Origin: Alphaproteobacteria bacterium
Lineage (GTDB): Bacteria > Pseudomonadota > Alphaproteobacteria > CALKHQ01
Length of the DNA stretch: 64,000 nucleotides
NCBI GenBank assembly: GCA_041396705.1
Contig: JAWKYB010000002.1
Location: 398,563 to 462,562 of the forward strand
Reading direction: 5' to 3'
The notes beneath the pieces are model-generated. The model had not been told where the DNA came from, made no database searches, and worked only from the letters and a program-made list of their open reading frames with translations. Positions 22,090 through 30,448 of this stretch are shown here, in pieces. Numbering within the stretch: the first letter of the stretch is position 1; each line of letters begins with the position of its first letter. The position numbers and the translations under genes are program-made.

Positions 22090-24687
22090 TCAGCGCGCCT
22101 CGGAGCGCAGCCGGGCGAGCAGGCTCAGCGTCGGCACGCCGTCCGGCTGCAGCCCCTCGGCGGTCTGGTAGGCGCGGATCGCCTGTGCCGTGCGGCGGCC
22201 GGCGACCCCGTCGGGTGAGCCGCTCGGATAGCCGAGCGCGTTGAGAATGGTCTGGATCTCCTGGATCGCCGCCGCGCTCAGCGGGGCCGGCGCGATGAAG
22301 TCCGACGTGGTCTCGGTCGCGACCTGCTGCGTCGCGTCCGGCGTCACCGTGATGATGGTGGGCGTGGTCGAGCCGGTCGGCGCGGGCGCGACGACGATGG
22401 TCTGCCCGCCGGTGCCGGGCGTGGCCGGCTGCGGCGTGCTCGGTACGGCGATCGGCTCGCCGAGGGCCGGCGGCTGCGCCGCTGCGTTGGTGGAGTCCGC
22501 CGGCTGCGCGGCGGCGTCGGCCTGACTGTCGGCTGCACCGTCGGCTGCACCGTCGGGGGCCGGCTGGTCGGCGCTGCCGATCGTACCGTCCAGCGTCGCC
22601 TGCAAACCATAGAGCTTGGTGTCGGTGGGCGGCGGCGCGTCCATCATCTCGCGCGCCGTCTGCAGCTGGTCCGGCGACAGGCGGTTCTCCAGGGCCGCGA
22701 CCCGTTCCGCCGCCTGCGGGAACTCCTGCTCCGCCGCCCGGCTGAACCAGAGATAGGCGAGCAGCGGGCTGCGATCGACGCCAAGGCCGGAGTCGTAGAG
22801 CTGGGCGAGTTCGTACTCCGCCTCCGCCACCCGCGCATCGGCGGCGGCGCGGAACAGCTCGGCGGCATCGTCGTAATTCTGCGGCCACAGGTCGCCGTCG
22901 CGATAGATCTTGCCGAGCCGCAGGCTCGCCTCGGGCAGGCCGCTTTCCGAGGCGCTGATGTACCAGGCCATGGCGATCAGCGGGTCGGGGTCGACGCCCT
23001 GGCCGGCCTCGTACAGCGTGCCGAGCAGATACTGGGCCTCCGCATCCGCGTTGACGGCCGCTTCCTCGAGCCAGCGATAGGCGTTGCGCGTGTCGGGCGT
23101 CACCCCGTCGCCGTTCAGGTAGCGCTGGCCCAGCATGCGCTGCGCCGCGGCATCGCCTGCCTCCGCCTGCGCCTGCAGCGCCGCGATCTCGGCCGGCAGC
23201 GCATCCGCGGCCGGCGGTACCGCGGTGTCCGGCGTGTCGTCCGCCGCAGCCGTCGATGCCGGCGGCGGGGTGGGCTCCGCCGGTGCCGGCGCGTCGACCC
23301 CGCGCGTTGCGCCGGCCGCATCGGCCGTGTCGCTGGCCTCCGGCGCGGCCGGCGGCTCCGGCGGGGTCTGCGCCGGCATGTCCGCCGTTTCGGCGGTCGC
23401 GGCGGTGGCGACGTCGTCGGTCGAGTCCGGCCGGTCCGTCGTCGCCGCATCGCTTGCCGCCGCGGTGTCGCCGGCCGGCGCGTCCGGCCCGGTGGCGGTA
23501 TCGACGCCGCCGCTGCCCTCGGCCGGTACGGCCGCGCCCTGGCCGTCGTCGACCTGCTCCGGCTCGTTGCCGAGCCAGCTGTCGATCTGGCCGGCGACCG
23601 CCTGATAGGCGTCGTCGGCGGTCCGGGCGATGTCGTCGGTGACTTGGTCGATCGAGGTGTCGGGGTTGAGCCACGTGTAACCGAGCACGCCGACCACGGC
23701 GAGCGCGGCCAGCCCGACGACGCCGGCCAGCCCCTTGACCAGCCAGCCGCCCGCGCCGCGGCGGCGACGGCTGCGCCCGGCGGCACCGTCGGCATTGCGG
23801 CGGCGCGCCTGTGCGGCTGCGATTGCCTGCTCCAGCTCGTCGTCGCCCTCGTCGGGGCGCAGCAGCGGCTCGCCCGGCGCGGGCGTTTCGTCGGCCAGCA
23901 GCGACCGCGGTTCGGGCGCCGGCGTCTCGACGACCGCCGGGGCCGGCGGCACCGCCGGCGGTGGCTGCAGCACGGGCTCGCGCGGACCGGACTGCGGCTC
24001 GCGCGGCATCGACGCGGCGAAGGGCGGCGTCTCCGGCAGCGGCGGCGGGGCCGCGGACGTGCGCGGTGCCGCGAATGCGGCCGCCGCGACCGGGGTTGCC
24101 GTCGCGCCGCCGGCCGCAGCCCGGCGCACCGCATCGATGCGCCCGCTCCAGCGCGGGCTCGACACCGCGCTCGCCAGCGAGCCGGCAAGCGCCGCCAGCG
24201 CGCCGGCCAGGTCGCCGTCGGCCGCCATGTCGACGGGTGCCGTGCTGAAGGGCGCAGGTGCGGGTCCGGGCGAGGGTGTCGCGAAGGCGTCGCGCGGCGG
24301 CTCCGCGGCGGCGAATGGCGAGGGCCGGGATGCCGCCGCCTCGTCGGGCCCGCCCGCGATCACGGTGGCATCGGGGTCGATCGGGCCACCCTGCGGCTCC
24401 GGCGGAAAGCGACCGCCGGCCGGCATCCGGCCGGGCATGTAGGTGGTCAGTTCCTCGGGCGATACCGGTTCGGCCGGCGCCGAGGCGAGGCCGGGCCCGT
24501 GCGGCGGCGCATCGAACGGGCTGTCGCTCGTCGACGCCTCGTCCGGCTCGGGCTGTGCGATGGCATCGCCGAGGGTGCGCGCCAGCCAGTCTTCCAGCGA
24601 CATGCCGGAGGCTTCCGCCGCGGCACGCGCCACCTGCAGGGTGTCTTCGTCCAGCGCGTTGATGTCGAATGAGCGGGAGCCTGCCAT
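22090..24687 (-). CDS. PodJ-like polar localisation factor (N-terminal SGMSxxxWL motif, Pro/Ala-rich low-complexity regions, TM segment, Sel1/TPR-like repeats, C-terminal PG_binding_1 domain)
   Basis: 866 aa from the ATG at 24687. The N-terminus is FDINALDEDTLQVARAAAEASGMSLEDWLARTL. A TM helix is at LVKGLAGVVGLAALAVVGVLGYTWL. Sel1-like repeats (YLNGDGV...YLLGTLYEAGQGV...LGKIYRDGD...LAQLYDSGLGV) follow. The C-terminal peptidoglycan-binding fold is QEIQTILNALGYPSGSPDGVAGRRTAQAIRAYQ. Confidence 0.6.
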   Translation of the reverse strand: MAGSRSFDINALDEDTLQVARAAAEASGMSLEDWLARTLGDAIAQPEPDEASTSDSPFDAPPHGPGLASAPAEPVSPEELTTYMPGRMPAGGRFPPEPQGGPIDPDATVIAGGPDEAAASRPSPFAAAEPPRDAFATPSPGPAPAPFSTAPVDMAADGDLAGALAALAGSLASAVSSPRWSGRIDAVRRAAAGGATATPVAAAAFAAPRTSAAPPPLPETPPFAASMPREPQSGPREPVLQPPPAVPPAPAVVETPAPEPRSLLADETPAPGEPLLRPDEGDDELEQAIAAAQARRRNADGAAGRSRRRRGAGGWLVKGLAGVVGLAALAVVGVLGYTWLNPDTSIDQVTDDIARTADDAYQAVAGQIDSWLGNEPEQVDDGQGAAVPAEGSGGVDTATGPDAPAGDTAAASDAATTDRPDSTDDVATAATAETADMPAQTPPEPPAAPEASDTADAAGATRGVDAPAPAEPTPPPASTAAADDTPDTAVPPAADALPAEIAALQAQAEAGDAAAQRMLGQRYLNGDGVTPDTRNAYRWLEEAAVNADAEAQYLLGTLYEAGQGVDPDPLIAMAWYISASESGLPEASLRLGKIYRDGDLWPQNYDDAAELFRAAADARVAEAEYELAQLYDSGLGVDRSPLLAYLWFSRAAEQEFPQAAERVAALENRLSPDQLQTAREMMDAPPPTDTKLYGLQATLDGTIGSADQPAPDGAADGAADSQADAAAQPADSTNAAAQPPALGEPIAVPSTPQPATPGTGGQTIVVAPAPTGSTTPTIITVTPDATQQVATETTSDFIAPAPLSAAAIQEIQTILNALGYPSGSPDGVAGRRTAQAIRAYQTAEGLQPDGVPTLSLLARLRSEAR

Positions 24688-24709
24688 GGCCTGGGACGTG
24701 TCCGTTGCT

Positions 24710-24967
24710 TCAGGTTGCGTGGGCCGGCCCGCCGCGGTCGTAGCCCTGGCCCAGTGCGCGATCGAGCTTCGCTTCCATGCGGGCGACCGCAGCGGCCACG
24801 CCGTCGTCGGCAGCGGCGACAAGGCCGGCCTGCTCCGCCGCGGCGCTCAGGATGGCGACGGCGATCCATTGCGCCACCGGCATGCCGGCCTGGTGGGCCG
24901 CGATGCGCGCCGCACGCAGCGCTTCCTCGCCGAGTTCGATGCCGTGCTGGGTCCGATCCGTCGGCAT
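24710..24967 (-). CDS. Small protein paralogous to the N-terminal motif of the adjacent PodJ-like gene
   Basis: 85 aa (MPTDRTQHGIELGEEALRAARIAAHQAGMPVAQWIAVAIL...). It aligns residue-by-residue with PodJ-like residues 6-45. High GC3 coding bias, and its stop lies 20 nt upstream of the PodJ-like ATG. Confidence 0.4.
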   Translation of the reverse strand: MPTDRTQHGIELGEEALRAARIAAHQAGMPVAQWIAVAILSAAAEQAGLVAAADDGVAAAVARMEAKLDRALGQGYDRGGPAHAT

Positions 24968-25088
24968 GTCGGTGCGCACTCCCACCTTCTCGAGCCCGTC
25001 GCGGCGCGGCGCCGCCGTTGGGCAGCCGGCCCGACCGCTCCAGCGTCACGCGGACCGCATGGCAAGCGGGCGCGACCGGGACTCGCGC

Positions 25089-26102
25089 TCAGCCGCCCAT
25101 GCGACGCAGTATAGCGGCCAGATCCGCCTCGGTGTCATAACGAATTACCACGCTGCCACCTTTTCGGCCCGGCTTCAGCGTCACCGGGCGCTGCAAGGCG
25201 GCGCCGAGGCGTCCGGCCCAGTCCTCGAGAACGGCCGTGGGCGCAGGCGCCATGGCGGCGGGCGTCATGGCCGCCGGGCGGTCGGCGCGCTTCAGCAATT
25301 CCTCGGTCTGCCGCACGGTGAGGCCGCGGGCGACCACCAGCCCGGCCAGCCCCTCGGGGTCCGCCGCGCTGACCAGGAGCCGGGCGTGGCCGACGCTGAG
25401 CCGGCCGTCGTGCAGCATGGCGCGCACCGCCTCGGGCAGGCGCAGCAGCCGCAGCATATGGGCGACGTGGCTGCGGCTCTTGCCGACGCGGCGGGCCAGG
25501 TCGTCCTGGGTGTAGCCGTGCCGGTCGAGCAGCAGCTGGTAGGCCTGCGCCTCCTCCAGCGGCGGCAGGTCGGCGCGCTGGATATTCTCGACCAGCGCCA
25601 CCTCGGCCATGCGGCTATCGTCCAGGCTGCGGACGACCGCCGGCACCGTGGCGAGGCCGGCGATCCGGGCAGCGCGCCAGCGCCGCTCGCCGGCGACAAG
25701 CTGGTAGGGGCCGGCATCGCCGGTGCGCGGACGCAGCACCACCGGCTGGATCACGCCCTGGGCGGCGATCGACGCGGCCAGCGCCGCAAGCTCGTCCTCG
25801 TCGAAGCTGCGCCGCGGCTGGTCCGGGTTCGGCGCGATCGCGTCGACCGGCACCTCGACCACGGCGTCGCCCGGGCCGGGACTGTCGGCGGCGGCCGCGG
25901 CCAGCGCCGGCGGCGGCGCCTGGACGGCAGTCGGCGTCGCGACGCCCGGCGCTTCGGGCGGCGCGCCAGCCGGTTCGCCGGGGGCGACGCGGTCGCGCGA
26001 AGTCACCACCGCGCCGGCCGGCGCGTGGACGAGCCGGCTCAGCCAGTCGTCGGGGCCGGTGTCGTGCGGATCGGCATTGTCGGCCTGATGGTCTGCGGTC
26101 AT
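25089..26102 (-). CDS. ParB/Spo0J-family protein (orphan, no adjacent parA) with a Pro/Ala-rich N-terminal extension of about 100 aa
   Basis: ParB N-terminal box (PRRSFDEDELAALAASIAAQGVIQPVVLRP...YQLVAGERRWRAARIAG) and HTH (GYTQDDLARRVGKSRSHVAHMLRLLRLP). The ATG at 26102 was chosen because the longer ORF would overlap tRNA-Gln. Confidence 0.75.
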   Translation of the reverse strand: MTADHQADNADPHDTGPDDWLSRLVHAPAGAVVTSRDRVAPGEPAGAPPEAPGVATPTAVQAPPPALAAAAADSPGPGDAVVEVPVDAIAPNPDQPRRSFDEDELAALAASIAAQGVIQPVVLRPRTGDAGPYQLVAGERRWRAARIAGLATVPAVVRSLDDSRMAEVALVENIQRADLPPLEEAQAYQLLLDRHGYTQDDLARRVGKSRSHVAHMLRLLRLPEAVRAMLHDGRLSVGHARLLVSAADPEGLAGLVVARGLTVRQTEELLKRADRPAAMTPAAMAPAPTAVLEDWAGRLGAALQRPVTLKPGRKGGSVVIRYDTEADLAAILRRMGG

Positions 26103-26192
26103 GGGGGCGTCCCGCTGGTTCTGTCGGGTGGTCGCGCGGCGGCCGCCCGGCTTGAAGCCGGACCGCCGCGCCTGTAGTTTATCGCGCCACGT

Positions 26193-26267
26193 TGGGGTGT
26201 CGCCAAGCGGTAAGGCACCGGTTTTTGGTACCGGCATTCGCAGGTTCGAATCCTGCCACCCCAGCCA
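26193..26267 (+). tRNA. tRNA-Gln (anticodon UUG)
   Basis: Cloverleaf read by eye. Acceptor stem TGGGGTG pairs with CACCCCA; anticodon stem CCGGT/ACCGG with loop TTTTGGT (U33, anticodon TTG, G37); T-arm GTTCGAATC; 3' CCA encoded. Confidence 0.85.
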
Positions 26268-26290
26268 TTCCCGTCGGCGGACAGCGAAAT

Positions 26291-26309
26291 GGCCCGCCGC
26301 GCGCGGGCC
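26291..26309. terminator. GC-rich hairpin between tRNA-Gln and the convergent small ORF (possible bidirectional terminator)
   Basis: GGCCCGCCGCGCGCGGGCC forms a stable stem. It is followed on the plus strand by TCAGCGCTTCTTT. No strong U-run on either side. Confidence 0.35.
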
Positions 26310-26711
26310 TCAGCGCTTCTTTCCGGTGACGCGCTGGTACAGGGCCTGCAGATAGCGGCTGTCGGACTGGGAGAACTCGCCCTCGGCGATGTCCTCGCGA
26401 TAGCTCTCCAGCTCGGCCCGCGTTTCGTCGCTGACGCTGTGCTTGCCCAGCAGTTCGTCGATCAGCGCGAGGTCGCCGCTGGTCGAGGCCGGGGCCTGGT
26501 CGAAACCGGCCGCATCGTCCGCCGGCTCGTCGTGGTGGTCGTAGCCGTCGTCGTCCTCGCCCGGCGCCTGGACCAGCAGCATGTCCCAGTTCACCTCGGC
26601 CTCGGTCATCTGGGTCCTGATCTCGCGCGCGGCGGCCAGGACTTCCTGGTCGCTGTCGCTCAGCAGGCGTTCCAGCGATGCCAGGAATGCGTCGCGGTCG
26701 ATCTCGCTCAT
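26310..26711 (-). CDS. Hypothetical acidic protein
   Basis: 133 aa (MSEIDRDAFLASLERLLSDSDQEVLAAAREIRTQ...). The GGAAAGAGG ribosome-binding site is 8 nt upstream of the ATG and GC3 is high. Confidence 0.55.
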   Translation of the reverse strand: MSEIDRDAFLASLERLLSDSDQEVLAAAREIRTQMTEAEVNWDMLLVQAPGEDDDGYDHHDEPADDAAGFDQAPASTSGDLALIDELLGKHSVSDETRAELESYREDIAEGEFSQSDSRYLQALYQRVTGKKR

Positions 26712-26792
26712 GCGGCCTCTTTCCGATCGGGTTCAAGCGGCGCGCATCATGGTCGAGGCCGGCCCGCACCGCAAACCCCTTGTGCGCCCTCG

Positions 26793-27575
26793 TTAGCCCG
26801 GATCGAGCAGGGCGACCAGCGCCGGCAGGTCTGCGACGGTGTCGATCACGTGGTCGGCACCGGCACGCCTCAGGCGTTCGGCCGCGGCATCGCGCAGCCC
26901 GGCGACCGCGTCCGGCGCCATCGCCAGCAGCTGCTCCGGCGTGCGCCCGACATAGTTGCCGCTGAGCGCGACGCCGACGGTAACGCAGCCTGCCGCCACC
27001 CCTTCGGCGATGCCGGGCTCGGTGTCGTCGACCTTGATCGCCAGCGCCGGCGCCGCGATGTCGAGCGCGGCAAGGCAGGCCTGCATCGCCTCCGGGCCCG
27101 GCCGGCCGCCGGCGACGTCGTCGGCACAGACCAGGCAGTCGGGCGCATAGCCCTGGGCGGCGGCGACCGGCAGGATGCGCGCCATGATCGAGCGGGTGTA
27201 GCCGGTGGTCGACCCGATCCTGAGGCCGCGGGCGCGCAGCGCCGCCACCGCCGGCCCGGCGCCGGGCACCAGCGCGGCATGGCGGGACGCCACCTCCTCG
27301 TTCAGCGGCACGAAGACGCGAAACACCTGGTCGACGGCGCGCTCGTCCGGCGCCGCACCGTGCGCCTCGGTCCACTGCGCGCCGATGTGCGGCAGCGCCA
27401 GCAGCGCGCGGATGTGGTCGCGCTTCGGTAGGCCCATCGGGCCGCGGGCGTCGTCGATACTGGCGGCGACGCCGAAGGCGGCGAGCGCCTCGACGAATGC
27501 GCCCATCGGCGCGAAGCAGCCGAAATCGATGACGGTGCCGGCCCAGTCGAACACCACAGCCTGGAATCGGGGCAT
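26793..27575 (-). CDS. phnX: Phosphonoacetaldehyde hydrolase (phosphonatase), HAD superfamily
   Basis: 260 aa with the HAD motif I (VVFDWAGTVIDFG), KPMGLPKRDH, GSTTGYTR, KVDDT and EGVAAGCVTVGV, which match the PhnX signature. GAAGGGAGA ribosome-binding site. Confidence 0.8.
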   Translation of the reverse strand: MPRFQAVVFDWAGTVIDFGCFAPMGAFVEALAAFGVAASIDDARGPMGLPKRDHIRALLALPHIGAQWTEAHGAAPDERAVDQVFRVFVPLNEEVASRHAALVPGAGPAVAALRARGLRIGSTTGYTRSIMARILPVAAAQGYAPDCLVCADDVAGGRPGPEAMQACLAALDIAAPALAIKVDDTEPGIAEGVAAGCVTVGVALSGNYVGRTPEQLLAMAPDAVAGLRDAAAERLRRAGADHVIDTVADLPALVALLDPG

Positions 27576-27592
27576 GCCGGTCTCCCTTCGGC

Positions 27593-28714
27593 TCAGTCGT
27601 ACAGCCCGGCGACGGTCTCCTCGCCGATCGCGAAGGCGGTGGAGGCGCCGGCCCCGCAGGTGACGATGACGATGCGGGTGGCATCGTCGGGCCGGTCGGT
27701 CAGCCGCCAGCGGTCGTCGGCGCTGGCATAGGTGCCGATCCAGCGTGCGGCGACGCTGCGGGCGCCGAGGTCGAGCACGCGGTCCATCTCGTCGAGGATC
27801 AGGTCGTCGACGGCGGCGGCGGCGAACGGGTCGGGCGTCGGCGCATAGACATGGCTGTCGCCGACCACCAGCGTGCCGTCGGCCGACTGCACCACGATCA
27901 GGTGCACGCCGGCGGCGCGGTGGTCGGCCTGTTCCGCGTCGAGCCGAGCCTTCAGCGGCGCCGCCTGCGCCAGGTCGGCGTAGCCGCGGTAGCGGGCGAG
28001 CCCGAGGTCGGACATCACCGCGGCACCGAGCCGGACCGGCGCCGCTGGGGCGACGCGCAGCATCTGCAACTTGCAGCGGGTGACGCCATAACCGGCGATC
28101 CGCCCGGCAAACAGGCCATGGAAGTCGTCGCCGGGGCAGACGACGACCGTTTCCGCGGCGAAGGGACCCCGCGAGGTCTCGATCCGCGGCGCCGCGACCG
28201 CGTGCACATGGGTGGCCCAGCGGAAGGCGACGCCGTGCGCCTCGGCCAGCCAGGCGGCCAGCCGCGGCAGCGCCTGCGCCGATTCCACGCGCAGTTCGTG
28301 CGGCGAATGCAGCGCGGCGGTGACGGCGCCGGTGCGCAACGCCGGCACCAGCACCGCCGCCGCGGCGGGCGACAGCCGGCGGCAACCCGCCGCCATGTCG
28401 GTGGCCATGAAAGCGTCGATCACCGCCTCGGCCTCCGGCCGGCGCGCCGTCACCACGAGCCCGTCGTGCAGGATCGGGATTCCCGCTGCCGCGGCCACCT
28501 CGGCCCAAACGTCGCGCGTATGCCGTGCCATCGCCCAGCAGTCGCCGGCGGCCTGGCCCGTGACCGTGATGAAGCCGAAGTTGCGGATCGAGGCGCCGTT
28601 GGCGCGGGCGTCGCGGTCGAACACGACGACGCGCTTGCCGCGCAGCGCGGCGGCACGGGCATGGGCCAGCCCGACGATGCCGGCGCCGACGATGGCCACG
28701 TCATAACTGGTCAA
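27593..28714 (-). CDS. FAD-dependent oxidoreductase of the family recurrently clustered with phnX (putative aminophosphonate oxidase)
   Basis: 374 aa from the TTG at 28714 (GAAGGAA ribosome-binding site). DAO-type FAD fold (YDVAIVGAGIVGLAHA), ending 17 nt before the phnX start. Confidence 0.75.
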   Translation of the reverse strand: MTSYDVAIVGAGIVGLAHARAAALRGKRVVVFDRDARANGASIRNFGFITVTGQAAGDCWAMARHTRDVWAEVAAAAGIPILHDGLVVTARRPEAEAVIDAFMATDMAAGCRRLSPAAAAVLVPALRTGAVTAALHSPHELRVESAQALPRLAAWLAEAHGVAFRWATHVHAVAAPRIETSRGPFAAETVVVCPGDDFHGLFAGRIAGYGVTRCKLQMLRVAPAAPVRLGAAVMSDLGLARYRGYADLAQAAPLKARLDAEQADHRAAGVHLIVVQSADGTLVVGDSHVYAPTPDPFAAAAVDDLILDEMDRVLDLGARSVAARWIGTYASADDRWRLTDRPDDATRIVIVTCGAGASTAFAIGEETVAGLYD

Positions 28715-28868
28715 ACGGTCGTTCCTTCGCTGCCTGCCATGGGCACCGGCATCCGATAGCACATCATCGCGGCGGGCCTTGACGACGGTTGCGTGACATG
28801 TGCCGGCGAACTTTCCCGCTGCACGCCGCATCCTGAGTTCTGATAGGGTGCGGCTTCGGGAGGGCGGC

Positions 28869-29882
28869 GTGGAGCACGGCAAACTCGCGGAAAGGCAGGC
28901 GGCGCGCGACGGCGCCCTGGCGCGGGCGGCGATGAACGGCTGCGCCGAGAGCTTCTGCCTGCTGTTCGAGCGCTATCGCCCGCGCCTCTATGCCGCCGCG
29001 GTCGGTCTGCTGGGCTACGGCAGCGATGCCGAGGACGCGGTCCACGACACATTCCTGGCGGCCATCGGCAAGCTGCGCCAGTTGCGCGATCCGCTGGCGG
29101 TCGGCGGGTGGCTGTACGCGATCCTGCGCAACCGCTGCCTGATGCAACGGCGGCGCAGCCGACCGCAGGTGGGCGGGGACCAGGCGGATCGGCACTTTCG
29201 CGAGATGCCGGACGAAGACCGGATCGAGAGCCGGATCGAACGCCGCGAATTGCGCGCGTGGGTCTGGTCGGCCCTGCAGCATCTGCCCGAATCCCTGCGC
29301 GCCACCGTCGTCCTTCGTTACTTCGGCTCCTGCGACAGCTATGGCGAGGTTGCGGCAATCCTCGGCGTTCCCGTCGGCACCGTCCGCAGCCGGTTGTCGG
29401 ATGCCAAGGCGCGGCTGGCAGAGCTGCTTCTCGCCGCCGCCGGCGGCGGCGATGCCGAGGCCGAGGCCTGTCAGGCCGAACGTAAGGCATTCTATGAGGA
29501 CGGGTTCAAGGAACTCTATCGCGGACGGCGCGATGCCTTCCTTTCGCACTATGCCGACGACCTGCACCTCGTGTGGTCGACCGGAACGCAGTCGCGCGGG
29601 CGGGCACATTTCGACGTCGAGATGGATAGCGATCTGGCCACGGGCGTGCGCTTCGACCCGCGGCGGATCATGGCCAGCGGGAACCTGACCGTGATCGAGG
29701 GGCCGCTGCAGAACCCGCCGGAGCAGCCCGACCTCTGCCCGCCGGCCTGCGTGCTGGTGATGCAGGAGGGCGCGCGCCAGGTGCAGCGTCTGCACATCCA
29801 TCTGTCGCCGCGGCCGCTGCGACCATCCGATGACAATCGCGTGAACATGCCGAAAGCCGGGGCCGCCGCCGAACTTTGGTGA
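28869..29882 (+). CDS. ECF sigma factor with a C-terminal SnoaL/NTF2-like extension (ECF41/ECF56-like)
   Basis: Sigma-70 region 2 (FLAAIGKLRQLRDPLAVGGWLYAILRNRC) and region 4 (LRATVVLRYFGSCDSYGEVAAILGVPVGTVRSRLSDAKARL) are followed by a domain of about 130 aa (...YEDGFKELYRGRRDAFLSHYADDLHLVW...). GTG at 28869 with a GGGAGGG ribosome-binding site; alternative ATG at 28932. Confidence 0.7.
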   Translation: MEHGKLAERQAARDGALARAAMNGCAESFCLLFERYRPRLYAAAVGLLGYGSDAEDAVHDTFLAAIGKLRQLRDPLAVGGWLYAILRNRCLMQRRRSRPQVGGDQADRHFREMPDEDRIESRIERRELRAWVWSALQHLPESLRATVVLRYFGSCDSYGEVAAILGVPVGTVRSRLSDAKARLAELLLAAAGGGDAEAEACQAERKAFYEDGFKELYRGRRDAFLSHYADDLHLVWSTGTQSRGRAHFDVEMDSDLATGVRFDPRRIMASGNLTVIEGPLQNPPEQPDLCPPACVLVMQEGARQVQRLHIHLSPRPLRPSDDNRVNMPKAGAAAELW

Positions 29883-29949
29883 GGCCGGACGCATCCTTCC
29901 CAGCGGGCGAGCCACCGTTCGTCCGCAAACAAGGATGGAGTTCCGACAG

Positions 29950-30411
29950 ATGAGGATCGTGTTTGCCACTCGCACGCGCACGCCGGCCGCAAGCGCCGCC
30001 CTGCTGGCTGCCGTCGCCGCGTTCGCGCCGGCCGTCGCCGACGAACCCGCGGATGCCCTGGCCAGGACATTGGCCGAGATCGAGGGCGTCTTCGGCCGGG
30101 TCCCCGGCTTCCTGGAACATTTCCCCGATGCGGCGCTGCCCGGTGCCTGGGACGAGCTGAAGGCGATCGAGCTGCAGGACGGGGCGTTGGACGTGCGGAC
30201 GAAGGCGTTGATCGCCCTGGCCGTCGCGGCGCAGATCCCTTGCCAATATTGCATCTGGGAAGACACCAATGCGGCACGCCAGGCCGGCGCCACCGACGCC
30301 CAGATCGAGGAAGCGGTACTGGTCGCCGCGCTGGAGCGACATTGGAGCACATTCCTGAACGGCATGCAGGTCGATCTCGACCAGTTCAAGCACGATCTCG
30401 GCGGCGAGTGA
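29950..30411 (+). CDS. Carboxymuconolactone-decarboxylase (AhpD-like, CMD) family protein with signal peptide
   Basis: Signal peptide MRIVFATRTRTPAASAALLAAVAAFAPAVA/DEP. CMD-like CxxC-containing core (QIPCQYCIWEDTNAARQAGATDAQIEEA). GGAG lies 9 nt upstream of the ATG. Confidence 0.75.
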   Translation: MRIVFATRTRTPAASAALLAAVAAFAPAVADEPADALARTLAEIEGVFGRVPGFLEHFPDAALPGAWDELKAIELQDGALDVRTKALIALAVAAQIPCQYCIWEDTNAARQAGATDAQIEEAVLVAALERHWSTFLNGMQVDLDQFKHDLGGE

Positions 30412-30448
30412 CTGCGTCGGCCGCTTCCGCAGCAGCAGGAGGATGGGA

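Noticed and set aside
26103-26237. Longer ParB start at 26237
   Set aside because: It would overlap tRNA-Gln (26193..26267) on the opposite strand. The ATG at 26102 gives a full ParB.
29883-29949. Canonical ECF41 promoter (TGTCACA-N16-CGTC) upstream of the CMD gene
   Set aside because: A CGTC is present (CCGTTCGTCCGC) but no TGTCACA-like -35 lies at the expected spacing, so no promoter is called.
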